The notes: generated by a model from the letters alone, not told the origin. 35,744 bases of DNA from Minisyncoccota bacterium (GCA_016649835.1 JAENWX010000003.1:1-35744), one strand, 5' to 3'; positions 1 to 8,134 are shown, counted from the stretch's first letter. A program made the numbers and translations.

Positions 1-1
1 A

Positions 2-142
2 ACAAAATCAACAAGAAATATGTCTGGTTTAAAAATTGTTTACACGGAGGAATATCCTTCCTTAAAAGAAGCTCGTGCTCGTGAAGTATATTTCAAGACA
101 GCGGCTGGTAGAAAGTTTCTGAAGAAAAATTTGCGGTCGTAG
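2..142 (+). CDS. GIY-YIG nuclease family protein, C-terminal part (5' end outside window)
   Basis: Frame +2 reads TKSTRNMSGLKIVYTEEYPSLKEARAREVYFKTAAGRKFLKKNLRS*. This matches the 'lvY.E.y....eA..RE..lK...gr' end of small GIY-YIG proteins. The stop codon (140-142) lies inside tRNA-Asp. Confidence 0.8.
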   Translation, partial: TKSTRNMSGLKIVYTEEYPSLKEARAREVYFKTAAGRKFLKKNLRS

Positions 143-206
143 CTCAACTGGTTAGAGCACTCGCCTGTCACGTGAGAGGTTGCCGGTTCAAGTCCGGTCG
201 ACCGCG
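133..206 (+). tRNA. tRNA-Asp (GTC)
   Basis: Acceptor GCGGTCG/CGACCGC, D arm GCTC/GAGC, anticodon arm CTCGC-CT GTC AC-GTGAG, T arm GCCGG-TTCAAGT-CCGGT, discriminator G. CCA is not encoded. Confidence 0.96.
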
Positions 207-460
207 CAAATAATAAAAGCCTCCTTTTAAGGGGGCTTTTATTATTTGCGCGGTCGATAAAATGTGAAACATTTTAAGGACTTGAACGCCGGAGCAATAT
301 TTTGACAGTAGTTAAAATGCGAGGCGGTGCCCAGACAAATTTTTGTGTCGACAAAAATTTAGTCGCGGGAAAGATTCCGGTCGACATTCATATTTAGTCG
401 AGGTCAAGAAGCGCGAATGAGTACATTCGCCTACTTGGCACTCGCGCTCCGGTCGATACT
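198..460 (+). repeat. tRNA-Asp 3' structured trailer (tRNA-linked modular element)
   Basis: 24-bp inverted repeat 198-221/234-257 includes the tRNA 3' end. Antisense T-arm GGACTTGAAC at 278-287. Cassette GGTGCCCAGACAAA..TTTAGTCGCGGG at 326-369. Sense T-arm copies TCCGGTCGA at 376-384 and 448-456. Confidence 0.8.
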
Positions 461-470
461 CCCATAAAAA

Positions 471-498
471 ATACCCCTGTATAAAAATACAGGGGTAT
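471..498. terminator. Intrinsic terminator hairpin downstream of ORF 544-1032
   Basis: ATACCCCTGTAT-AAAA-ATACAGGGGTAT, with an A-run on the left that is the U-tract for the minus-strand gene. Confidence 0.7.
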
Positions 499-543
499 AG
501 AGATTAAAACCTCAATTTTTTTCTGCGAAATACAAAAAATAAT

Positions 544-1032
544 TTAAGCAGCTAAAGTTTTTGAAACCAAAGGATCAATTGGTAGAACAGCAGACGGGCT
601 ATTAGCGTTCCAATCACACCCAAGCCAAAAGTGGTCCCAGCGCCACTTACCACCGTACCAGTACAAGCACAGAATATAACGGCTACCGCTAGAGTTCCGA
701 AGAACAGTTCCGTCAAAAAAAATGTATGTCGTATTTCTATTTGTTTGCTCTTTCCATTTGGAAGGTATTAGAGTTTGGTTTTCCCAAAGTGTTTTAAAAA
801 CACCAACATCCAAGCGGATACGATTTGTTTTTGCTTTTAGACGTTTGAGTTTGTCTTCACCCTTAATGCTTTTTTCTCCCTTTTCCAAGGTTGAGTCAAG
901 CATCACGCAATTTAAATCGATTTCGGTGAGAGCAACTGCTCTTTCATCTTGTTCTAGAATAGACCATCCTTTACCAATATAGGTTGTTGGATCAAACGGA
1001 TCTGACCGGTCAATACTTACTTTACTACCCAT
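544..1032 (-). CDS. Hypothetical protein with DGR variable-region-like C-terminus
   Basis: 162-aa ORF ending LRNSSGSRYILCLYWYGGKWRWDHFWLGCDWNANSPSAVL, rich in NNC codons. Confidence 0.8.
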   Translation of the reverse strand: MGSKVSIDRSDPFDPTTYIGKGWSILEQDERAVALTEIDLNCVMLDSTLEKGEKSIKGEDKLKRLKAKTNRIRLDVGVFKTLWENQTLIPSKWKEQTNRNTTYIFFDGTVLRNSSGSRYILCLYWYGGKWRWDHFWLGCDWNANSPSAVLPIDPLVSKTLAA

Positions 1033-1057
1033 GATTTTATCTTTTTATTTGTTTGTT

Positions 1058-1075
1058 GAGAACAATATTGTTCTT
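1058..1075. promoter_or_regulatory. Palindrome GAACAATATTGTTC in the leader of ORF 544-1032 (second copy at 1914-1928)
   Basis: A perfect 14-bp palindrome preceded by TTTTATTTGTT lies at a similar distance upstream of both minus-strand ORFs. Confidence 0.6.
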
Positions 1076-1189
1076 TGTGTTTATTAAAGCACTATATTGC
1101 TTATTATGTCAATATGCCTATTTTTTCCTTTAAATTGAAATAAATCTATTGTCGCGTTTTCAGCAGAGTCCAATATGGTGTGCAAAAAT

Positions 1190-1217
1190 AAAAAGAGTAA
1201 CATTAGTTACTCTTTTT
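1190..1217. terminator. Terminator hairpin
   Basis: AAAAAGAGTAAC-ATTA-GTTACTCTTTTT, just past the stop of ORF 1223-1891. Confidence 0.75.
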
Positions 1218-1222
1218 AAAAA

Positions 1223-1891
1223 TTAAATGTGCTTTTTTATAAAAGCGAACCAAACAAAATTGTAATTCAAACTGCTTAAGTAATACAAATTTGCTTTGCG
1301 TTTAGTATTATTCCAACTCAGATTGCAAGCACTAGCTGTATTATATAACAAGCATCCGGTTGTCTCAACAACATACATTGAACTTGCTCCAAGCTCCATG
1401 TTAAGTTTTGGAAATTGTTCACCAATTGCAAATGGAACATGTGGAGTAGTTTTGAGTAATCCATTTTGTTTTCCCCAATCGCAAGCTTCAGGATAACTTC
1501 CCTTACCATTAATCCACTTAAACAAAACAATAACTTCATCAGTAATTTTGTTCTCTCTAGACTGATATAGATCTGCCACTTTTAGAGCCTTATGATCTAA
1601 ATCTGTTTGCGGTCCACCTGCCATTGCTGCCTCTTTGTATGACCTTGTGTAATCTACCTTAAGTTCAATTAAATGGACACGGGCTCCGATTTTATTTGCT
1701 TCAATTTGAAGCTCGTTAAACCAATTATATCCATTCTTAATCTCATCACAAAATCTTTTAACATCTTCAGGATTATTAAGAAACCTTACAAAAGCCTCTC
1801 TGGAAACTCCATTTTCTCTAGCTTTTCGAGCTAACTGCACGCCATTTCTATTTGTAACGTGCTTTTCTGAATTTACTTCATTCTGTTGCAT
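1223..1891 (-). CDS. Hypothetical protein (possible DGR-target-like C-terminus)
   Basis: 222-aa ORF with its own promoter-like TTGACG-18-TATAAT and a terminator. The Asn/aromatic-rich C-terminus ends WFAF. Confidence 0.8.
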   Translation of the reverse strand: MQQNEVNSEKHVTNRNGVQLARKARENGVSREAFVRFLNNPEDVKRFCDEIKNGYNWFNELQIEANKIGARVHLIELKVDYTRSYKEAAMAGGPQTDLDHKALKVADLYQSRENKITDEVIVLFKWINGKGSYPEACDWGKQNGLLKTTPHVPFAIGEQFPKLNMELGASSMYVVETTGCLLYNTASACNLSWNNTKRKANLYYLSSLNYNFVWFAFIKKHI

Positions 1892-1990
1892 AACGTCTAT
1901 TTTATTTGTTGTGGAACAATATTGTTCTTATTTATATTATAACATAAAATAAACACTTGCGTCAATGCATATATTTTACTCAATTTTTAA

Positions 1991-2024
1991 TTTAAAAAGA
2001 GTAGCCATAGCTACTCTTTTTAAA
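1991..2024. terminator. Terminator hairpin
   Basis: TTTAAAAAGAGTAGC-CATA-GCTACTCTTTTTAAA overlaps the stop of ORF 2020-2631. Confidence 0.75.
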
Positions 2025-2631
2025 TTACTCTCAATTCCTCAAAAAAGTTTTGATACATTTTTATCACTCGCCTACCTTCAACCTGGCTTAAAGAAAAGTC
2101 AGAACCGGTATGCGCTATTTGATTTCGAACCAAGTGTGCACTCCATGCATCTTGGATGCTTCTGTATCCACTCTCTTTAGCTCCATCTAAAAGCTCGCTT
2201 ACAGTTCCACCAGACAAACCATTTTCTTTTAAAATTTCTTCCATTAGAGAATCAGCCTCAATAATAGCAACTCTCCAGTCTGATTCATTTGGGCTTTCTA
2301 TTAAGGTCTGAATATAATGCCATCGTGGGTTTGAATTTCTATTTCTTTCTTTTTCTCTTAGATGAGCTTTGTGTATTTCGTGCTCGATTTCTTCCTTGTC
2401 GTAAATCTGGATTTCTATTAGTCTCACAATAGAAAAAATAATGATTGCTATTATTATAATAGACAAAATAGCCGATATTATACCAGCAATATTCCATGTG
2501 TTTGGATTCGATAAAAATTCAACTATCGATTGTGTATATTCAATTATTTTACTAAATACGTATTCAACATTTAAATAATTGGGATTAAACAAAGGCTTAT
2601 CTAATGCTGATTGTATTACGGTTTGCTCCAT
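2020..2631 (-). CDS. Hypothetical single-pass membrane protein
   Basis: 203-aa ORF with one hydrophobic helix (IAGIISAILSIIIIAIIIFSIV) followed by a helical domain (WRVAIIEAD..AW.AH.VRN.IAH). Confidence 0.8.
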   Translation of the reverse strand: MEQTVIQSALDKPLFNPNYLNVEYVFSKIIEYTQSIVEFLSNPNTWNIAGIISAILSIIIIAIIIFSIVRLIEIQIYDKEEIEHEIHKAHLREKERNRNSNPRWHYIQTLIESPNESDWRVAIIEADSLMEEILKENGLSGGTVSELLDGAKESGYRSIQDAWSAHLVRNQIAHTGSDFSLSQVEGRRVIKMYQNFFEELRVI

Positions 2632-2713
2632 CTCGTTAGAAGTAGAGAATCTTTAAATTCTCATACATTAAATTAATTAATAATCAAAATACTATTACAA
2701 TTCTTTAAAATAA

Positions 2714-2753
2714 ATCCCGTAAGCTATATGACATATATGACTTCTAACGGGAT
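2714..2753. repeat. Short member of the CCCGTTAGAAG/CTTCTAACGGG palindromic repeat family
   Basis: ATCCCGT...GACTTCTAACGGGAT. The right arm matches the arms ending at 8970 and 9679. Confidence 0.6.
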
Positions 2754-2765
2754 GCATACTTTATA

Positions 2766-4184
2766 TTATATATGTTTTTCAAAATCTTTCCCAATTGTAA
2801 AAAGGATATCCTCTCTCAAGAAAGGTGCCATTATATGAAAACCAAATGGTAGTCCTTCACTGTTTTTTCCTGATGGAATAGATATAGCTGGAATTCCGGC
2901 AATGTTAGCTGGAACTGAAAACAAATCAGCCAGGTACATACTAAGTGGATCTTTTGATTTTTCTCCAAATTTAAAAGGCATCATTGGTGAAGTTGGAGTA
3001 ACAATAGCATCAACTTCTAAAAATATTTTTGTTAGCTCATCTTTAATGGCATCGCGAACTTTTATGGCTGTATTGTAATAAGCATCATAATATCCATGAG
3101 AAAGAATATATGTTCCTAGTAATATTCTTCTGCGAACTTCTTTACCAAAACCTTTTCCTCTACTTTTTGTATAAACATCATAAAGATTTGCACCATCCTC
3201 GTGTAATCCATATCGAATACCATCATAACGTGCCAAGTTACTAGAAACTTCAGCGGGAGATATTATGTAATAAACAGCAAGAGAATATTTAATTAAAGGT
3301 AATGAAACATCTACTATTTCGTAACCTGCTTCTTCTAACTTTTTACAGCTTTCGTTAAAATTTTTAATTATTTCAGGATCAGTCCCCTCTGTACTTAAAA
3401 ATTCTCTAGGAATACCTATTTTCTTTTTAAGTGGCTGTGACTCTAATCTGTTTTCTTTTTTTATTGAAGTACTATCTTTTTCATCATAATCATTAATAGC
3501 GTTAAAAAGAATTTCAGCATCTCTTACTGTTTTACCAAAAGGACCTACCTGGTCGAGAGAGCTTCCCATGGAAATGATTCCAAAGCGAGAAACAGCTCCA
3601 TATGTTGGCTTGAGTCCTACTAGGCCACAATAAGATGCAGGCTGGCGTATTGAGCCTCCTGTGTCACTTCCTAGGGATACCAGGGCTCCATTCATAGCAA
3701 CTGCAGCTACTGAACCTCCCGAAGAACCACCTGGTACACGTGTTATATCTAGCGGGTTTTTTGTATTACCAAAGGCACTTGTCTCGGTGGAAGAACCCAT
3801 AGCAAATTCATCCATGTTTGTTCTTCCTAAAAATACTGCACCTTGTTTTTTGAGTTGTTTTACAATACCAGAATCATAAGTTGCTTTATAATTTTCAAGT
3901 ATCAAAGATGAAGCTGAAGCGATATGCCCTTCAAAAAGCATGTTGTCTTTTAGTGCCATAGGGATGCCTGTCATTAAAGTATCAGTGCCATTTTTAAACA
4001 TTTCTTCGGCAATTTTTGCTTGCTCTAATACATCATTATAAATTTCTCTATATGCATTTATCTCTTCATTTTTTTCTTTGATAACTTCCAAATAAGAATT
4101 TACTAATTGGGTTACTGTAAATTCACCGCTCTTAAGAGACGCATGGGCTTTTTCAATTGTTAAATTTTTTAAATCTATCTGCAT
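2766..4184 (-). CDS. gatA: Asp-tRNA(Asn)/Glu-tRNA(Gln) amidotransferase subunit A
   Basis: Amidase signature GGSSGGS, LGSDTGGSIRQPA, NMDEFAMGSS, FGKEVRRRILLG. Confidence 0.97.
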   Translation of the reverse strand: MQIDLKNLTIEKAHASLKSGEFTVTQLVNSYLEVIKEKNEEINAYREIYNDVLEQAKIAEEMFKNGTDTLMTGIPMALKDNMLFEGHIASASSLILENYKATYDSGIVKQLKKQGAVFLGRTNMDEFAMGSSTETSAFGNTKNPLDITRVPGGSSGGSVAAVAMNGALVSLGSDTGGSIRQPASYCGLVGLKPTYGAVSRFGIISMGSSLDQVGPFGKTVRDAEILFNAINDYDEKDSTSIKKENRLESQPLKKKIGIPREFLSTEGTDPEIIKNFNESCKKLEEAGYEIVDVSLPLIKYSLAVYYIISPAEVSSNLARYDGIRYGLHEDGANLYDVYTKSRGKGFGKEVRRRILLGTYILSHGYYDAYYNTAIKVRDAIKDELTKIFLEVDAIVTPTSPMMPFKFGEKSKDPLSMYLADLFSVPANIAGIPAISIPSGKNSEGLPFGFHIMAPFLREDILFTIGKDFEKHI

Positions 4185-4218
4185 TTTAGTTACTAGTATT
4201 TAACGGCTAGTTGCTAAC

Positions 4219-4518
4219 TTATAATATTTGTTTAACTTTTAGGAATCCATCTTGAGTGTCTGGCATTTCTGCAATAATCTTTTCTGTATATTCTCCCCGA
4301 CTATTTGCAACAACATCTTCACGCATTACATTGTGCAAAAAATAGTTTTCTGGTTTTTTATTTTCTAGGGAAATTTTCTCGCTCAATTTTAATGCCTCTT
4401 GCACCTGACCAACATATGCCAAAATAGGATCAAAATCTTTTGCGATTTTTGTCATTTCTTCATCGCTCATATCAATACGAGCTAAATCAGCTAATTTTTT
4501 AACATCTTCTAGTTGCAT
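4219..4518 (-). CDS. gatC: Amidotransferase subunit C (start revised to MQLEDV at 4518)
   Basis: VKKLADLARI..., NVMRED, GFLKVKQIL motifs. Adjacent to gatA. An extended -10 lies 6 nt upstream of ATG 4518. Confidence 0.92.
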   Translation of the reverse strand: MQLEDVKKLADLARIDMSDEEMTKIAKDFDPILAYVGQVQEALKLSEKISLENKKPENYFLHNVMREDVVANSRGEYTEKIIAEMPDTQDGFLKVKQIL

Positions 4519-4565
4519 ATGTTTAGAATAACATATTTTGATAATTATATAAAACAAAAAACGTT

Positions 4566-4620
4566 ATTTACTTTTTACATATTTCTTACGCTATCGCGCA
4601 CAAATGTGTAAAAAGTAAAT
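4566..4620. repeat. Imperfect 55-bp palindrome, TACGCTATAGCGTA family
   Basis: ATTTACTTTTTACATATTT-CTTACGCTATCGCGCAC-AAATGTGTAAAAAGTAAAT. Aligns with 5124-5160. Confidence 0.8.
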
Positions 4621-4622
4621 TA

Positions 4623-5105
4623 TTATCTACCATCATATCCTTTCTCTAGTTTAAAAGTTTTTAGATTATCCTTTAATCCAATTTTTTTGACATAGTCCAT
4701 AAATTCTTTAGGTAAAGGTGACGGGCCAACCCAAACACTTCTTTGAATCATAATGTATCCAAATTTATGTAAATGTCTACGAAACCAATCCCTCTCCGGC
4801 TTTTTATCTTCTGGAATATCATACATAACCAATAGGTTTTTTGGTGCATTTTGAGGATATGAAAATTCAAAAATCTTTTGTGACAATAATTTATCTTTGA
4901 GATATTTTTGACCTTTTTTGGTAAGAATAATATTTTTATCCTCTGTGCTTAAATAGCCTTCATCACAAAGTGAATAATATGCATTTTTAATAGATTTTGA
5001 ATTCTTATTTTTAAAAACTGGTAAACCAAAAATATTTACATCGATGCCTTTATAATTAGCAAATTTGGTATTAAATAAATTAAGAAGATCTTGTTTTATT
5101 GTCAT
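4623..5105 (-). CDS. PaaX-like protein: short winged-helix region plus Cas2-like domain
   Basis: N-terminal L...GYL...IILTKKG wing. C-terminal LVMYDIPEDKKPERDWFRRHLHKFGYIMIQRSVWV matches the PaaX central/Cas2-like motif. No cas1 or CRISPR array nearby. Confidence 0.8.
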   Translation of the reverse strand: MTIKQDLLNLFNTKFANYKGIDVNIFGLPVFKNKNSKSIKNAYYSLCDEGYLSTEDKNIILTKKGQKYLKDKLLSQKIFEFSYPQNAPKNLLVMYDIPEDKKPERDWFRRHLHKFGYIMIQRSVWVGPSPLPKEFMDYVKKIGLKDNLKTFKLEKGYDGR

Positions 5106-5123
5106 AATTTTATTATATCATAA

Positions 5124-5159
5124 TACATATTTCGTACGCTATAGCGTACGAAATATGTA
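5124..5159. repeat. Perfect 36-bp palindrome over the promoter region of the PaaX-like gene
   Basis: TACATATTTCGTACGCTA|TAGCGTACGAAATATGTA, immediately upstream of the extended -10 (5112-5120). Confidence 0.9.
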
Positions 5160-5190
5160 AATTAAAATAAATACAATATAAATATTTTGT

Positions 5191-5226
5191 TTAAGTAGGA
5201 TTAAGTAGGATTAAGTAGGATTAAGT
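5191..5226. repeat. 10-bp tandem repeat (TTAAGTAGGA) x3.6
   Basis: Read directly from the sequence. Confidence 0.9.
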
Positions 5227-5279
5227 GTAATAAATGAAGCTTAAATCATTTATAAAAATTTATTTTGGAAACAATTAAG

Positions 5280-5316
5280 AAATACAATGATTAAAATATT
5301 TTTAATCATTGTATTT
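5280..5316. terminator. AT-rich hairpin downstream of ligA
   Basis: AAATACAATGATTAAAA-TAT-TTTTAATCATTGTATTT. Confidence 0.5.
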
Positions 5317-5340
5317 GGAAAAAATTGATAAATATAATAC

Positions 5341-7503
5341 TTAAATCAGCTTCAGAAATTCATTTTCGGTTAGAACTTTTATGCCTAGTTTTTTTGCATC
5401 ATTGTATTTACTACCTGGCTTATCCCCCGCTACTACATAGCTAGTATTTGAAGAGACTGAAGAAGCCACAGAACCTCCTAATTCAATTATTTTTTTCTTT
5501 GCGTCGTTACGAGATAGAGCAGAAAGTGTTCCTGTTAAAACAAAAATTTTACCTGACAATTTAAGACTCTTTGCTTTTTCATGGTAAATAGAAACTCCAT
5601 TTTTAATAAGCTTTTCTATAAAATGTAAATTGGTTTTGTCTTTAAAATAATTAAAAACACTTTGTGATACCACTGGACCTATATTGGCTATTTTATTTAT
5701 GGTTTCAATGTCAGCTGACATTATTTTATTTAGAGAGCCAAAGTTGTCTGCTAAATCTCTGGCTGTTTGCTCGCCAACGTGTATTATTCCAAGTGAATAA
5801 ATAAACCTCCAAAGAGATATTTTTTTATGTGACTGAATAGAAGATATTATATTGTCTGCAGATTTTTCTCCAAAACGTTCCAAACCAGCAAGGTCTGCCT
5901 TTTCAAGAACAAACAAATCCGCCCCATCACTTACCAGCCCTTCATCTTTTAATCTATCTAAAATTCTTGGACCTATCTCGTATATTTCAAATATATTCAC
6001 AAAATGCTGCAAGCCTCTTCTACTTCTAGCTGGGCAATTTTTGTTTGTGCAGTAAAAAGCAACAGACTTTGATACTGATTCCGTTAAAACCTTAGAGGCA
6101 AGATTCATGCCTCGCTTTAGAGGTACAACCTCCGAAGCCAATTTAGAGGTTGGACCTCTTAGCGAATAGTCCTCGCCCCTCATAGGACTTTCTTCAAGTC
6201 CCGCTAAATTGCTTTTTAAATTTATATTTTTTTCTGGACCGGATCTTTTCTCTACTTTAAAATCGCACACAGGGCAAGTGTCCGGCATTTTAAATTTCTT
6301 TTCTTTTCCATTTCGAAGGTTTATCAAAACTTCAACAACCTCAGGAATAACATCCCCTGCTTTTTGTATAACCACAGTGTCACCTGTTCTAATATCAAGA
6401 CGGTTTATCTGGTCCATATTATGAAGTGTGGCTTTTGAAACAGTAGAACCCGCAACTAAGGTTGGGTTAAAGTGGGCCACAGGAGTTAGAACCCCTGTGC
6501 GTCCTACGTTTACAGAAATATCTTTTAGTGTGGTTGTGGCGCGCTCTGCTTGGTATTTATATGCAACCATATAGCGAGGTGCCTTCCCAACAACACCCAA
6601 AACATCTTGTAGCTCTATCTCGTCTACTGAGACAACAACCCCATCTGTTCCATAAGGAAGATTTGGTCTAATTTTTTCTATTTCTTCTATAAAAGAAAAA
6701 ACTTCTTCAAAAGAATTAGCTTTCTTCTCATATGGAGCGACTTGAAAACCTAAGCCCCTGAGAAGATTATGTTTTTCAGAATGGTTTTTAATTTTTAATT
6801 CTTCATTCGTAATTCTTAATTGAGCCACATCCCAAGCAAAAAAATCTAGATTGCGTTCTTTTGCGATATTTGGGTCGAGCTGGCGCAAACTCCCTGCTGC
6901 TGCATTTCTGGTATTTGCAAAAGGTTGCTTACCTTCTTTAATTTGTTTTTTATTTAAAGAAATTAATATTCTTTTTGGCATTACCACTTCCCCACGGACT
7001 TCTAAATAACTAGGATATGGTGCTTTGAGTTTTAGCGGAACAGTCACAATCATTTTTAGATTTTCAGTTACATCTTCACCAATAAATCCATCTCCGCGAG
7101 TTGAACCTTCTACAAAAACTCCATCTTTGTAAATAAGAGAAGCAGACAAGCCATCTAGTTTTAATTCACAAAAATATGAGTGCTTTTTATTTATAAGTTT
7201 TGAAATACGAGTCTCCCAATCTAATACTTCTCCAAACGAAAAAACGTCATTCATGGAAAGCATCCTGATTTCATGTTTAACTTTTACAAATTTATCCAAA
7301 GGTTTACCACCTACTCTGTTTTCTGGAGCATTTAAATCAATATATTCTGGATTTTTTTCTAAAAGTAACCTGAGTTCTTTATTTAGAGAATCATATACAT
7401 CATCCGTTACCCATGGGGCATCTTCTACGTGGTATAAAAATCTTAACCTAGAAATCTCTTCCCGAAGTTTTTGTATTCGGTTTTTAATTTGAGAATCTTT
7501 CAT
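5341..7503 (-). CDS. ligA: NAD-dependent DNA ligase with a roughly 57-aa insertion in the zinc finger
   Basis: ELKLDG adenylation motif, STRGDG, EVRGE, RNAAAGSLRQLD, VGRTG, CPVC...CTNKNC, C-terminal BRCT domain. Confidence 0.98.
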   Translation of the reverse strand: MKDSQIKNRIQKLREEISRLRFLYHVEDAPWVTDDVYDSLNKELRLLLEKNPEYIDLNAPENRVGGKPLDKFVKVKHEIRMLSMNDVFSFGEVLDWETRISKLINKKHSYFCELKLDGLSASLIYKDGVFVEGSTRGDGFIGEDVTENLKMIVTVPLKLKAPYPSYLEVRGEVVMPKRILISLNKKQIKEGKQPFANTRNAAAGSLRQLDPNIAKERNLDFFAWDVAQLRITNEELKIKNHSEKHNLLRGLGFQVAPYEKKANSFEEVFSFIEEIEKIRPNLPYGTDGVVVSVDEIELQDVLGVVGKAPRYMVAYKYQAERATTTLKDISVNVGRTGVLTPVAHFNPTLVAGSTVSKATLHNMDQINRLDIRTGDTVVIQKAGDVIPEVVEVLINLRNGKEKKFKMPDTCPVCDFKVEKRSGPEKNINLKSNLAGLEESPMRGEDYSLRGPTSKLASEVVPLKRGMNLASKVLTESVSKSVAFYCTNKNCPARSRRGLQHFVNIFEIYEIGPRILDRLKDEGLVSDGADLFVLEKADLAGLERFGEKSADNIISSIQSHKKISLWRFIYSLGIIHVGEQTARDLADNFGSLNKIMSADIETINKIANIGPVVSQSVFNYFKDKTNLHFIEKLIKNGVSIYHEKAKSLKLSGKIFVLTGTLSALSRNDAKKKIIELGGSVASSVSSNTSYVVAGDKPGSKYNDAKKLGIKVLTENEFLKLI
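6092..6210. repeat. Hairpin-rich in-frame insertion in ligA
   Basis: Three tandem TTAGAGG-hairpin units (6092, 6117, 6143) plus AGTCCT/AGGACT and GGACTT/AAGTCC stems. Confidence 0.7.
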
Positions 7504-7642
7504 CCGGTAGTGAAAAATGGCATTATGGATTCACCATTTTTATCTTATATTTTACAAAAAATTATAATATCTAATAAATCTATTAATAAAATTCCCGTTA
7601 CACAACTATGCCATTTTATACTACGGGATTCATAAAAACAAA

Positions 7643-8134
7643 TTATTCTGAGAAATTAACTACGACTTCACGTTCAACTGTTCTTAAATTAGTTTTATTA
7701 CAAATATTATATCCTTTTGCTGATATTCTTGTTTTTGTAATTTCATTTGGATAAACTCCTGTAATCGTTTTTGTAACATCTATTCTAAAACATGGATCAG
7801 TGGAGGTTCCATTTGCAAGAGTAGGATAAACAGTATAACCAGTTGGAGTAGTAGATACAACTAAATTTTCACCAGCACAAGTCCAATTACCAACAATAGC
7901 TCCATATACTCTGTCTGCATAAAGCCCACAATCTGAAGCTGAGTCGGCTTGATAAAAAGCAGTTTGTGAATCTTTTGCTAAAGAAGAAAGTACGAGTTGC
8001 TTATAAGCTGTGTTTGATAACCCAGCAGTAATAACAGAAATAGCGCTCACAATAACAACTGTAAATAAAATTGCGTATCCTTTTTGTTTATTAATTTTTA
8101 TAAAATTATTAATCATTTTATTTATATCTGCCAA
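7643..8134 (-). CDS. PilX-like minor pilin (start possibly MINNF at 8116)
   Basis: QKG|YAILFTVVIVS prepilin-like N-terminus lacking Glu5, and an SQTAFYQADS motif typical of the PilX N-terminus. Confidence 0.8.
   Translation of the reverse strand: MADINKMINNFIKINKQKGYAILFTVVIVSAISVITAGLSNTAYKQLVLSSLAKDSQTAFYQADSASDCGLYADRVYGAIVGNWTCAGENLVVSTTPTGYTVYPTLANGTSTDPCFRIDVTKTITGVYPNEITKTRISAKGYNICNKTNLRTVEREVVVNFSE

Noticed and set aside
207-460. Prophage or ICE integrated at tRNA-Asp or the other tRNAs
   Set aside because: No integrase or phage genes are present, and the tRNA-end duplications are only 8-11 bp and within 400 bp of the tRNA.
544-1891. Complete DGR in this window
   Set aside because: No reverse transcriptase, Avd or template repeat was found by eye. 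Only target-like ends are reported.
4623-5105. Bona fide cas2 of a CRISPR-Cas locus
   Set aside because: It has an N-terminal wHTH-like extension typical of PaaX-like proteins, with no cas1 or array adjacent.
6065-6240. Intein or self-splicing intron in ligA
   Set aside because: Too short, with no Cys/Ser...His-Asn termini and no recognisable group I/II core.
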